Source of the DNA: a virus
Taxonomy: Duplodnaviria; Caudoviricetes
Direction: 5' to 3' (one strand)
IMG/VR virus record: IMGVR_UViG_2510065065_000004
Location: 1-64,000 of that record
Length of the DNA: 64,000 nucleotides
The notes under the pieces were generated by a model that ran no database searches, was not told where the DNA came from, and saw only the letters and a program-made list of their open reading frames with translations. Of the stretch, positions 1 through 9,661 are shown in pieces; within the stretch, counting starts at the first letter, position 1, and each line of letters starts with the position of its first letter. A program made the position numbers and the translations under genes.

Positions 1-465
1 ATGAGAGTGTTGGTCGTTTGCCTGGGTAACATTTGTCGCTCCCCAATGGGCGAGGCAGCATTACGCAAGCACATCATCGCAATCGGTAAAAACGAGGAAA
101 TCGCAGTCGACTCCGCTGGCACCAGTCACTGGCATATAGGCCAACCACCAGATGCCCGTGCAGTCCATTGCGCACGCAGCCACGGTATCGACATTTCCAC
201 ACTGCGCGCTCGTCAGGTACACCATGCGGATTTTGAGCACTTCGACTGGCTACTCTGCGCCGATGCGTCGAACCAATGCGACCTGCTCCGCTTAGCGCCC
301 CCCGGGACAGCGCATAAGATCGTCCGGTGGTTACCTTGGGCAGGAATCACACAGGAATGCGAAATACCGGATCCATACCTTGGTGACGCGAAAGACTTCG
401 AACATGTGTGGCAGTTGATTGACACGGCTGCACAACGCAGCTTGGCACGACTCACACGTACTTAA
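1..465 (+). CDS. Low-molecular-weight protein-tyrosine phosphatase (host gene)
   Basis: P-loop VCLGNICRS, DSAGT and the catalytic DPY motif. Confidence 0.95.
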   Translation: MRVLVVCLGNICRSPMGEAALRKHIIAIGKNEEIAVDSAGTSHWHIGQPPDARAVHCARSHGIDISTLRARQVHHADFEHFDWLLCADASNQCDLLRLAPPGTAHKIVRWLPWAGITQECEIPDPYLGDAKDFEHVWQLIDTAAQRSLARLTRT

Positions 466-1153
466 AACACGACATCTCTATCCCAATAAACCGATGTCCC
501 GCACGCAAGGCGGCAACGCCGGTGGTGCCGCTGCCTGCAAACGGATCAAGAATCGTAGAAGCAGGCGGCACAATTTTTATTAGATGCTCCATCAGCGCTA
601 ACGGCTTCCCGACTTGGTGCCGCTTTTCGCGGGGCGCTGTGCCGGTAGCAAAAACGCCTACCGGCGTGACCGGATGCGCTTTCGCATTCATCAAGCCACA
701 GGACGCCCAGACGATAAACTCGGCTTGGCTACGGAACCGGCCTAGCTGAGGACGACATGCGGGCGTTTTATCCCATACCACAATCCCCTGCCACGCCCAG
801 CCTGCACTCTGTACGGCATCGGTGAGCGTCGGCAGCATCCGCCAATCAGTAAACACTAAAAGCACGCCCCCAGGCCGCGTAACGCGGCGACACTCCGAAA
901 GCCATTGGCTGGACCACGCCAAAAAACCGCGATGGTCGCGGAAGTCGCAATCAAAATCAGGGGCAACGTGTTTCGTGCCGTTGTTGATATATTTTTTTTT
1001 CGTGGGCTGGAAGCGATCCGACATCCGCATCGCACCGGAACAGTACGGCGGATCAGTAATCACCACGTCCACGCTTGCGCTGTCTATAGCGCAAAGCAGC
1101 CGCAGTGCGTCGCCTTCGTGCAGCCTGTACGCAGCAGATGACGCAACGATCAT
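452..1153 (-). CDS. Phage DNA amino-methyltransferase (beta class), apparently C-terminally truncated
   Basis: TDPPY (motif IV) precedes DPFAGSGTTG (motif I), with HQVGKP in between. Ends abruptly at GIEMSCFKYV*, overlapping the phosphatase stop. Start taken at ATG 1153. Confidence 0.85.
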   Translation of the reverse strand: MIVASSAAYRLHEGDALRLLCAIDSASVDVVITDPPYCSGAMRMSDRFQPTKKKYINNGTKHVAPDFDCDFRDHRGFLAWSSQWLSECRRVTRPGGVLLVFTDWRMLPTLTDAVQSAGWAWQGIVVWDKTPACRPQLGRFRSQAEFIVWASCGLMNAKAHPVTPVGVFATGTAPREKRHQVGKPLALMEHLIKIVPPASTILDPFAGSGTTGVAALRAGHRFIGIEMSCFKYV

Positions 1154-1351
1154 AGGGTTATGGGTTGGTGCGAGATGATGGCTGGACGCGTTTTTAGCTA
1201 AAACCAAAAAGAAATTGCCAAAGAAGCGTACAACTACGTAGAGAAGTATACGCAAAATATTTTTTATGAATAAAAACAACAAGATAAAATCGATTTCGTG
1301 CTCCGCGCTACGCAATTCGGCAAGACAGATACAGCGCAACAGCTTCACCCA

Positions 1352-1377
1352 CAAAAAAACCGCCTTTAGGCGGTTTT
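1352..1377 (-). terminator. Intrinsic terminator, tR'-like
   Basis: Minus strand AAAACCGCCT-AA-AGGCGGTTTTTTT, about 110 nt downstream of the promoter at 1487-1515. Confidence 0.8.
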
Positions 1378-1486
1378 CATGGCTTTATCCGAGTTAAAAA
1401 GCCCCGCGCTGCGTTAAGGAACAGAAGGGGGCAAGCGTGGCACTCAAGAAGCGTTAGCGAAACAAACATAGCGCAACTCTTGGGAA

Positions 1487-1515
1487 ACTATAGGCAAAAA
1501 GTATTGGACAATCAA
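1487..1515 (-). promoter_or_regulatory. Sigma70 late promoter, pR'-like
   Basis: Minus strand TTGATT-17 bp-TATAGT directly after the stop codon of the Q-like C-terminus. Confidence 0.75.
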
Positions 1516-1522
1516 GCCAACA

Positions 1523-2935
1523 CTACGCGGCATCTTCCCGTAACGCCGCTTTCAGCTCCGCCGCCGCGCGCTGTTCCGCCGCGCGTAGCGTGTCTAATAG
1601 CCATTCGTACACACCGCGCCACTTTTTGCAGTACGTAGACACATCACGGCCAAGCGCCGCCGCGCGCTTACGCTCACTGATAGGAACCGTGCCACTGCCG
1701 CCGCACACGGCGCAGGGACGTATCTGCACGCCGTTACGTACCTGCGCCCACCAGTGGCCGAAGAACGCCAAAATGTTCCCGCCGTCTTGCAGATTTAAGC
1801 CGTGACCGGCACTGGCTGGATGGACGAATAGCACGGGAATGTTCCCCGCGTTCCAATCGCGGAGCGTGTCGGGGTGTTGGTCCAAGACACGCCCTTTAGG
1901 AAAAGCGCGCTGCAACCGTGCGACATCACTTTTAAAGTGATACGCCACCAACACCGGCATACCGGCGGCCTCTTCGATAATCTCGTGCAGCGCCTCTAGT
2001 TTTGCGTCGTGCACGACTTCCCAGGCCTGGCGTGTGTCATCGGTGTACAGCGCACCATTGGCCAGTTGCAGGCATTTAATTGTCTTGCTGGCCGCGTTAA
2101 AGGCTTCTACTTCGGCACCGCATTCCAAGGCGATGAGCATCTCTTGCTCCATCGTTTTGTACAAACGTCTGGCGCGTTCTGGCAACACAACGCGAATCGT
2201 ATTGACAATCGGCTGGCGTAAATCGAAATACGCATGCGGATCAAGCGATAAACAGAGGTCGCGTATCGTGTCCTGAATCTCTTTCGATGCATTGGGCGCG
2301 GGCACAAGGCGCACCGCATGCGGATCACTGCCGATCTGCACCGCACGGAACCAGCGATCGATAAACGCTTTAAAATGCGTCCCCAGCCGTGCCCCCCGAT
2401 CCACCATCCACATCAGCGCCCACAGGTCCTGTAGCCCATTCGGCGCGGGCGTGCCGGTCAACCCAATGTAGCGCTCCACCTTGGTATGCACATACTTGGC
2501 CAGTGCGCGGGCGCGCCGTGTGCCTTGCCGCAGCCGGAACCCTTTCAGCTTGGAGCACTCATCGGCCACCACGGTACGGAACGGCCAACGGTCCTGATAA
2601 AACTCCGCCAGCCATTTTAGATTGTCGTAATTAATGCAATAGATATCCGCGTCCTGCTCCAACGCGCGGCGACGTGCCGCCGCACTGCCCACGACCACGG
2701 CCACCCGCAGATGGCGCAAATGAGGGAACTTGGCCACTTCATCCGGCCATGTCGTGGCCGCAACGCGCAGCGGAGCAATGACCAACATAGGTGCAACGTC
2801 TTCCACCACCAGAAGCACATCTAACGCTGTCAGCGTGGCTACCGTCTTCCCCAAACCCATTGGCACAAACAGATTGCAGCGTGGGTGTGTCAGGATGAAA
2901 TCAACCATGGTGTGTTGGTAGGGGCGTAGGTTCAT
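1523..2935 (-). pseudogene. Chimeric ORF: SNF2/DEAD-like phage helicase lacking motif VI, fused to an antiterminator-Q-like C-terminus
   Basis: Nearly identical to 48382-49800 up to FFGHWW. It then switches at 1746/1747 to CAVCGGSG...WRGVYEWLL, and the ERIGPTRQ motif is lost. Confidence 0.8.
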
Positions 2936-3019
2936 GCCGAAGCTCCGTGCAGCATTTCAGGATGGGCGGGAGGCGCGCTGCTATACTCGCCATCAGCTGC
3001 ACCTAGGTAAGGAGCCTGT

Positions 3020-3415
3020 GTGACATCCGTAGCATTCGATACACTTAAATTTGCGAACCGGTTGAAAACGGCAGGCGTTCCTGCGGCCCATGCGGAGGCG
3101 GAAGCCGAAGCCTTGGCGGAAGTGTTGGAAATAAATTTACAAGGCCTTGCTGAATCCGAATCTAAAAATGGCAAGGCATTAGCGCGTCTTGAAGCCGATA
3201 TGAAGGAAGGTTTTGCGCAGGTTGACCAGCGCTTTGCGCAGGTGGAAAAGACCATGGACCAGCGCTTTGCGCAGGTGGAAAAGACCATGGACCAGCGCTT
3301 TGCGCAGGTGGATACGCGCTTTGCTGAGATAAAAGGCGAAATGCTCCTGCTCAAGTGGATGCTAGGCGTGCTCGTGGCGGGCGTTGCTGCACTGATCATC
3401 AAAGCGTTTTTCTGA
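3020..3415 (+). CDS. DUF1640/CCDC90-like coiled-coil protein with C-terminal TM (antisense moron)
   Basis: FDTLKFANRLKTAG..AEAEA N-terminus, LLKWMLG TM end, own TATACT -10 and AAGGAG RBS. Confidence 0.8.
   Translation: MTSVAFDTLKFANRLKTAGVPAAHAEAEAEALAEVLEINLQGLAESESKNGKALARLEADMKEGFAQVDQRFAQVEKTMDQRFAQVEKTMDQRFAQVDTRFAEIKGEMLLLKWMLGVLVAGVAALIIKAFF
3224..3312 (+). repeat. 33-bp coding tandem repeat (DQRFAQVEKTM), ~2.7 copies
   Basis: GACCAGCGCTTTGCGCAGGTGGAAAAGACCATG x2 plus a partial copy; the paralog at ~50068 has one unit fewer. Confidence 0.95.
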
Positions 3416-3416
3416 G

Positions 3417-3695
3417 TCACGCCAGCACCTCATCCACGCCTTGCAAGGAATCGACCACGACCACGCGCAGCCCCATGCGGCGCATACGCGCATGCTCACG
3501 GACTTGATGCGGTGTGCACGGCTGACCGGGGGCTTTGAGTTCCACCCACAGGGTGCGCCCGTTGGGCAGCATGGCGATGCGATCCGGCGCACCGTGGCGG
3601 CCACCCCATTTCACCTTGCGGATTTCACCGCCCTTGGCCCTGACCTGGGCGACTAAATAACGTTCAATTGTCCGCTCACGGGGGATGGTCATCAT
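3417..3695 (-). CDS. VRR-NUC domain nuclease
   Basis: ERTIE...GAPDRI...WVELKAPG motif. Confidence 0.9.
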   Translation of the reverse strand: MMTIPRERTIERYLVAQVRAKGGEIRKVKWGGRHGAPDRIAMLPNGRTLWVELKAPGQPCTPHQVREHARMRRMGLRVVVVDSLQGVDEVLA

Positions 3696-5872
3696 TGCTT
3701 CCTATACCGGTGGGTGTCGAAGCCTTCCGCCGCTAAGGGCAACCCCTGGGCCCAGGGGGGCGGTGTCGCCATGAGTGCAGCCAAGTGCGCGGCGTTGAAA
3801 GCGGCGTTGTCATCGGCTTCGGTGATGATTTCGTCATGCACGGTTAAAACGATCTGATACCCCGCTGCTTCAATCGCAGGCATGCAGGCGGCCAACACGT
3901 CGCGGCTCACGGCTTGGGTGATGTTCTCGACCAGCTTGCCGCCGTAGGTGGTGAGGCGCGTCCATTTGCGCGTCACCGGATGTGTACCCATGTAGGACAG
4001 CGCGCCGTGCTCATCGACGCTGGGAGCGGCGTAGTAAAGCACCCGCCCCGACGGCAGACGCAGCCGCAGCCAAGCACGGCGGTACTGCACTGTGATCCCG
4101 CAGCAGGTGTGCGTCGTTTCGGGGTGGTGGATCGCATCCGTCACCGCGAACTGCAACGCCTGCCAAAACGCCGCAATGGCCGGATGCGCATTGCGCCATG
4201 CGCGTTTGAACACATCGCACGCCAGCCATGCGCGATCGGAGAGGCCGAAGGTGGGCCGGTGGTTCGCCTTGGTCCATTCAAGCAGTTCCGTTGCCTCCTG
4301 AAGTAGCAGCGGCGGGAAGACGGCCTGCGCGGCCATCGCCTCCAAATCAATGTGGTACAGCGCTGCAAAGGCAGCAAAGGCCCCGACACCGCCGCCATAC
4401 CCCAAGGCCAATTCCTGCACTTTGCCGATTTGGCGTTGCTCCTTGCTCACGGCCTGGGGCGCGATCCCGAACGAATGGGCATACGCCCGCTTGTAACTAT
4501 CCTCCCCTTTGCGGACAGGCGCGTCCTCGGCATTGCGTTGCAAGGGGATCGGCGCACCGCACAGCGCCGCGTGCGTGATGGCCTCGCCGCTGTGCCATGT
4601 ACCATCCACCCCTTGGCACGTATCAAACTCACGAAACGCGTGCAGTTTGGGGGTTTCACCGGCCAGCCACGCCAACACCCGGCCTTCAATGTTGGACAGA
4701 TCGGCCACGACCAGCTTTTTATGTGTTGGCGCAATCAGACAACTGCGCAGCGCGCTGCTGGTCAGCGCCATGACATCGTCAAAGACTAAATCCACACAAC
4801 CGGCTTTCATGGCATCGATGCCGACCGCGATCACTTCTTGGCTGAGCGTGGGGCGTGGCAGGTTGTGCGGCTGGAACAGCCGCCCCGCCCAGCGCCCGGT
4901 GCGACTGGCCCCGTTAAATTGCAGTGTGCCGCGCAGGCGACCGTCAGGGCTGGTGCAGTGCAGCAGCGCCTGGTACTTAGCGGTGCTGGTGCTGCTGGCT
5001 TGTCGGCGGATGGACAGCAGTTCGCGCACCGTCTCTGGGAGTGCCGGATCGTCAATGCACCGCGCGACCGTGTGTTGCTGCATGTCCGGCAACGCCACGC
5101 CGTGCGCGGTGTTCAGGTGCTGCAACAGTGCATCGCGCTGCGTCGCGGCCTGCACCGCGCCGCCGGTCAACGCCTCGGTACGCTGGGCTAACGTTTGCTT
5201 GGCGCGTTCCACAGCGCCAATCGCGGCCTGCACCAAGTCCGTATCGATGAGGACCCCGCGATCATTGATGGTTTGGTCCAGAAACCACAGCGCCAGCTCC
5301 GCCCCCGCGTAGTTGTGGGACGGCAACCGCTTCACCACCTCCCGCATCGCGCCCACATCGCGCCTGGCGTACTCCACAAACTGTGCCCAGTCCGTCGGAT
5401 GGGTGTCACGTGTGGCGCGGCGCAGCGTGCAATGGGCGGGGCGTGGTTTGCAAAACAATGCAATGAGCCGTTTGCCGTCCTTCTCCTTGGCTTGCTCCAC
5501 GGGAACGCGCAGCAGCTCGCATAACGTGCCCAACGCCCCGGGCAGCGCATGGGTCAAAGCCTGGGCCATTGAATCGCGCCAGCGCTCCAAGGGGATAGTA
5601 ATGCCGCAATGGCGTAGTACGGTCCGATCAAAATGAGAGTTGTGGAAATACAGCAGCACTGCGGGATCATGCAGCGCGGCGGACAGATCGTCAGGCATCG
5701 TGGCCGTGGCCGTGCAGTCCCACACCTGCACCGGCCCCTCACCCAAGGCGTAAGCAAACAACAACAGCTCGGCGTGCTCGGCATACGCATGCACTCCATG
5801 GGCCATCGGTACGGGGGAGTACGTCTCGAGGTCCCCCCATAGGATCGGTGCGGGTGGCTGCGTGGTGGCCAT
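3692..5872 (-). CDS. Phage family A DNA polymerase
   Basis: 3'-5' exonuclease DLET, TGRW, ADLSNIEGR (motif A), RQIGKVQELALGYG (motif B), VHDE (motif C). Confidence 0.95.
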   Translation of the reverse strand: MATTQPPAPILWGDLETYSPVPMAHGVHAYAEHAELLLFAYALGEGPVQVWDCTATATMPDDLSAALHDPAVLLYFHNSHFDRTVLRHCGITIPLERWRDSMAQALTHALPGALGTLCELLRVPVEQAKEKDGKRLIALFCKPRPAHCTLRRATRDTHPTDWAQFVEYARRDVGAMREVVKRLPSHNYAGAELALWFLDQTINDRGVLIDTDLVQAAIGAVERAKQTLAQRTEALTGGAVQAATQRDALLQHLNTAHGVALPDMQQHTVARCIDDPALPETVRELLSIRRQASSTSTAKYQALLHCTSPDGRLRGTLQFNGASRTGRWAGRLFQPHNLPRPTLSQEVIAVGIDAMKAGCVDLVFDDVMALTSSALRSCLIAPTHKKLVVADLSNIEGRVLAWLAGETPKLHAFREFDTCQGVDGTWHSGEAITHAALCGAPIPLQRNAEDAPVRKGEDSYKRAYAHSFGIAPQAVSKEQRQIGKVQELALGYGGGVGAFAAFAALYHIDLEAMAAQAVFPPLLLQEATELLEWTKANHRPTFGLSDRAWLACDVFKRAWRNAHPAIAAFWQALQFAVTDAIHHPETTHTCCGITVQYRRAWLRLRLPSGRVLYYAAPSVDEHGALSYMGTHPVTRKWTRLTTYGGKLVENITQAVSRDVLAACMPAIEAAGYQIVLTVHDEIITEADDNAAFNAAHLAALMATPPPWAQGLPLAAEGFDTHRYRKQ

Positions 5873-5873
5873 C

Positions 5874-7028
5874 TCAGGCGGCGACCTTCAGCGAGTCAAC
5901 CACCGTCGGATTCCAAAGAATCTGGTAGCTGCTATGCCCGTTGCGGGAGTACGGAATGGCTTCGCCCCATACGCGACCGGCTTCGGTTAATTCCCATTCG
6001 TCGCGTTCATTACGGAACTGCAAGCCGCTGGAGGCTAATAAGTGGTTCGCCTCTTTGGCCGAGCAACGGAGCTGTTTGCCTAGTTGCGTGGCGTTGAGTA
6101 GGCAAAGCGGGTCCCGCAGTGCAGGCAATGCACGGCGTATTTCTTCGGTCGTTAGATTCGTATTGCTTTTGATGCAGGCCAAGGTTGCGGCGGCGGCAAT
6201 TCCTGGTTTCACGCCCGGCACCGTGGAAATGTATTGGCCGATTAACAGGAGTGCGGCAATGCGATCCTGTGTCGGCCCAGGCAAGGTGGGCAGCGCCCCA
6301 GGGGTGGAGTACGTGCCTGTTTTGCGCAGGGTGGGCAGGACTTCCTCAAACACCCAACGCTCGAACCGTTCTGCGGCAGGGAGTTTGCTGCTCACAATCA
6401 AGCGGAGCATGTCAGGCTCGGAGATGATCCGGACTTCTTGAACTCCGCCTGGTGTCTGAAGGGGTGTGCGTTTCGCACACCCCTTGCAGTGGGCATCCAA
6501 CGCTTTATGGGGATTGGCGTAGCCTAATACCGTAGCAACGTCTGTGCCGACAAACCACACTTCACCGTGATCATCGACCACGGTACGCACGGCGTGCGAT
6601 TCGAATTGGAATGGAGTTACTTCATTCATTGTGTGTTCCTCTGTGGGTTGGAAGGGAATTGAGATGAAAGGCGCGTGATGCAGGGGGACACTGTGTTGGC
6701 CCGCTTTGAGGGCTGCGGCTGCGGGCAGCGCTTCATCGGTCAGCCACTGTCTAAAGCGTTTAGCCGCCTCTTTGGTGCTGCCGATGAGCAGGGCGTACAT
6801 TCCAGACTCATTGAGATAGTTGGCGCGTTGGGGGCCACCTGCCGTAAAGGTGGCGCGTTTCGATACATTCGCTGCATCCACGTGATGAGCAACTGCGGCG
6901 CACGGATTTAACAACGCCAACGCCGTGCAAATGTCATTGGCGTTAAACCACGGTGCACCGGCCTCATCGACCTGGACACGCACGGCTTGCGACTCGAACC
7001 GGAGCGTAAACTCTTGTGTTTTATTCAT
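5874..7028 (-). CDS. Antirepressor with two BRO-N domains and a KilA-C-like tail
   Basis: Two FESxAVR...WF...ISE/LNESG...F..W units; GAGGA RBS before ATG 7028. Confidence 0.85.
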   Translation of the reverse strand: MNKTQEFTLRFESQAVRVQVDEAGAPWFNANDICTALALLNPCAAVAHHVDAANVSKRATFTAGGPQRANYLNESGMYALLIGSTKEAAKRFRQWLTDEALPAAAALKAGQHSVPLHHAPFISIPFQPTEEHTMNEVTPFQFESHAVRTVVDDHGEVWFVGTDVATVLGYANPHKALDAHCKGCAKRTPLQTPGGVQEVRIISEPDMLRLIVSSKLPAAERFERWVFEEVLPTLRKTGTYSTPGALPTLPGPTQDRIAALLLIGQYISTVPGVKPGIAAAATLACIKSNTNLTTEEIRRALPALRDPLCLLNATQLGKQLRCSAKEANHLLASSGLQFRNERDEWELTEAGRVWGEAIPYSRNGHSSYQILWNPTVVDSLKVAA

Positions 7029-7096
7029 GGTATTGTCCTCGGTGGTATGGCAGGGATTGGGGCGTGGGAGGGCGAAACGCCCTCCCACATCGGGGT

Positions 7097-7666
7097 TCAC
7101 CCCCACGGCATGGCGCCTTCAACATCGGCCAGCTCAGCAATGGCGCTCAGGTCCTCGAAGTCCTCCACGCTGGCCACACCGCCTCCAGCGAACGCCTCAC
7201 CATCACCCACGAACTGCACACCACCCAGAGAGGCGTTAATCCGCTTGCCGTAGTTGTTGTCCTGTGCCCAGAGTTCTATGTTGGCGTTGACGTAACATCC
7301 GGCATACGGCCTGCCGTCCTGCGCGGCGAGCGGGGTCCGGTCACGGTCGATCACCAGTGGCCGTGCCTTGTTACGCGCAGAGACGTATAGGTGCCCTGCA
7401 AACCCGTCATAACTGGCTTTCAGGTCGCCATCATGCAACGCGACTCTGTCGCCCATACGCATCTGTTTAAGCTGGGCCGCCGCCTTAATGCCCCATTTGT
7501 CATTGGCCATCTTGTCAATCGCCTGGTTAAGGGCGTTGACTTGCGGATCGGCAGGGTCGATGAGGAAGCAGGCGGAGAACGCGGCTTCGCCTTCACCATT
7601 GACTTTCTTGGGTTCAAACAACACAGGGAAGGCTAAGCGCACGTTTTTTAGGGTGAGTTTCATCAC
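7097..7666 (-). CDS. Phage ssDNA-binding protein (DUF2815)
   Basis: NVRLAF, YAGCYVNA, LGGVQFVGDGEAF and an acidic tail; position next to the polymerase. Confidence 0.85.
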   Translation of the reverse strand: MMKLTLKNVRLAFPVLFEPKKVNGEGEAAFSACFLIDPADPQVNALNQAIDKMANDKWGIKAAAQLKQMRMGDRVALHDGDLKASYDGFAGHLYVSARNKARPLVIDRDRTPLAAQDGRPYAGCYVNANIELWAQDNNYGKRINASLGGVQFVGDGEAFAGGGVASVEDFEDLSAIAELADVEGAMPWG

Positions 7667-8940
7667 GGTGTCTCCTGGGGTGAAAGTAGGGTTGGTGTTT
7701 TCGCTGGTGTTGGGTTAGGGGAGCGGCTCAAGTCCTCGAAATCCGTCGCGTCCTGAAGGGCGAGCGGGGGGCGTTGATCCGACGTCGGGACAACAACGGG
7801 TGCCCCTGTCGCCCTATGAATGAGCGGCTGGAGCTGGGTCCATTGGCTCTCCCCGATGATTCCGGCCTGGTGGAGTTTCTCGGCGCTCGTGGGGCTGATG
7901 AGGGACACGTCATGCAGGTGAGCGACTCCAATGCGCATCTGGATGAGCGCGTCCTCGGCGGCAGTCTCGTCCACCCAACGGCGCGGCCCCTGTCGGCCTT
8001 GGACCAGCTTGTATCCAGGTACGGGCTGGCCTGAAAGTAATTCCGCTGCTGCCCTGTCGCGAATAGATTTACACCAGGATTCGATTAACGCTGTTGCACC
8101 AAACAGGGAGGCCAGCGTGGTGTTGTCAAACGTGCGCAGGGCCGCGTGGCTGAGCTGCGGGGCCACGGGCTGGGTGAGATCAACAAAATCATCCGCGACC
8201 GTGGTCAGTACGTGCGTGGCCAACGCAGGGCAGCTCGCTTTGGCCTTGCAAAACCGGCAGGGCGTTTCTGCGGGGCCGAAATACTCCGAAGATAATTCGC
8301 CTACGTTGGTGTAGTGCCCAATCGCTTCCATACACCGCGTAGCACTGCGCTTGACCCGCTGTTTAAAATCCTCCATCTCGGGGAGGGTGCGCACCCACTC
8401 ATCACTATGTCCGAGCCGTGGTTGCACGATCACTAGCCGCACCTGCTGGAAGTCTTCCACCCATCCAAATTCACTCAGCGCTGCCAGCGCATACAGCTGT
8501 AACTGCTCGTTGCCTTCGGCGAAGACTTTGACGCCTTTGCCGTATTTGAGATCAACGATGACTAACTCATCCCCGGACAGGATCACCGCATCAGCGGTGC
8601 CTTTAGCGCCTTGCTCCCCCGTGATGGAGGCAATGTGTAAGGGCTGCTCGACCAGGCGTACCCCCGCAATGGCGCGCACGTAGTCCACATACTCCTGCAC
8701 GGACGCGGCCATCTCTGCGGTCACTTCCCAAGTGCGACCGTTGATCTCATGGCGTTCTCCTACGTACGCGCTGGCATCGGACCCGGTGCGTAATGCGTCG
8801 GCAGCCACCGTATGGGCCACGGTGCCTTCATCGGCAAATGGGCTAACGTCGTCTTGGCAGGTGCGCGTTAACGGAACGCTTGCCGGACAGTGCAGCCAAC
8901 GATGCGCACTGCTTGGGGATAGCATGGCGTGCTGGCTCAT
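7663..8940 (-). CDS. DUF2800 PD-(D/E)XK (Cas4-like) nuclease
   Basis: HAMLSPSSAHRWLHCP, GTAD, DLKYG, QLQLYA, CRFCKAKASC. Confidence 0.9.
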   Translation of the reverse strand: MSQHAMLSPSSAHRWLHCPASVPLTRTCQDDVSPFADEGTVAHTVAADALRTGSDASAYVGERHEINGRTWEVTAEMAASVQEYVDYVRAIAGVRLVEQPLHIASITGEQGAKGTADAVILSGDELVIVDLKYGKGVKVFAEGNEQLQLYALAALSEFGWVEDFQQVRLVIVQPRLGHSDEWVRTLPEMEDFKQRVKRSATRCMEAIGHYTNVGELSSEYFGPAETPCRFCKAKASCPALATHVLTTVADDFVDLTQPVAPQLSHAALRTFDNTTLASLFGATALIESWCKSIRDRAAAELLSGQPVPGYKLVQGRQGPRRWVDETAAEDALIQMRIGVAHLHDVSLISPTSAEKLHQAGIIGESQWTQLQPLIHRATGAPVVVPTSDQRPPLALQDATDFEDLSRSPNPTPAKTPTLLSPQETP

Positions 8941-9383
8941 GGCTCACCGTCTGAGGGCACAGCGTCTAAGGGCAAACCGCGTTCGTGGGCGATGTAAAAT
9001 CCGTTGATGTACTCCAGCACTTTCGGAAATAACTCCTCCGGTATCTTGGACAACACTTTGACGCCGAATGACGCCAAAACGTCGTAGGCGTACTTTTCGC
9101 CAATCTCCTTAGACAGGGCCGTTAACGCCTTCGCCACCTCAGCATATCCAGGCGTGCGCATAACGTCGGTTGTGCTCTGAGCAGCAGCCGGTTTGGCAGC
9201 GCGCTGCGTCTTACCCGCAGCGGGAGGCGTTGCCGCCGTTGGTTTTTCAGGGGCGCTATCGCTGCGCGGTGTAGCTTCAGGCACAGGCTGAGCACAGGCG
9301 CTAGCGCTGCGGGACGGCTTAAGCACCGCCAAAACAGCCTTTAATTGGGCCTGGTCGGTAATCGTGACGGTCATAGGGAACAT
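8937..9383 (-). CDS. Hypothetical phage protein
   Basis: Translationally coupled ORF in the leftward operon; homolog at 55748-56176. Confidence 0.7.
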   Translation of the reverse strand: MFPMTVTITDQAQLKAVLAVLKPSRSASACAQPVPEATPRSDSAPEKPTAATPPAAGKTQRAAKPAAAQSTTDVMRTPGYAEVAKALTALSKEIGEKYAYDVLASFGVKVLSKIPEELFPKVLEYINGFYIAHERGLPLDAVPSDGEP

Positions 9384-9432
9384 GGGTTTTCTCTCTCGTG
9401 TGTGTTATCTGGTGCTGGTGCGGTGTCCGTTG

Positions 9433-9630
9433 TCACCACAGCGCATCGCCGTCTTGCTCCAGTGCGTCACGCACCTCTTCGTAGTCTTCTAGCAAGCCTT
9501 TAAGACGCGATAGCAACTCGCTTTCTACAGGCGTAAAACGCTCCATGGCTTGCCGGGTGGTTAGGTCATTCACAAGTTCGCTATCACTCATCGAACGCAT
9601 GAAGAGTGCTGTCGGCATGGGAGGCGACAT
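9433..9630 (-). CDS. Hypothetical phage protein
   Basis: AAGGAG RBS; conserved at 56228-56425. Confidence 0.7.
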   Translation of the reverse strand: MSPPMPTALFMRSMSDSELVNDLTTRQAMERFTPVESELLSRLKGLLEDYEEVRDALEQDGDALW

Positions 9631-9661
9631 ATAAAAACTCCTTCCCGAAAAACGTTCGGGG

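Noticed and set aside
1154-1354. Hydrophobic N-terminal extension of the methyltransferase ORF
   Set aside because: Starts at a GTG beside the terminator T-tract in AT-rich DNA; the methyltransferase fold begins after ATG 1153
3224-3312. CRISPR-like 33-bp repeats
   Set aside because: Contiguous, in-frame coding repeats without spacers
3914-5842. Many alternative-frame and antisense ORFs over the polymerase (likewise over terL, sheath and tape measure)
   Set aside because: Shadow ORFs of GC-rich coding DNA with no RBS or motifs; duplicated only because the DNA is duplicated
7663-8940. Cas4 / CRISPR system
   Set aside because: DUF2800 nuclease in a standard phage replication block; no repeat-spacer array or other cas genes seen
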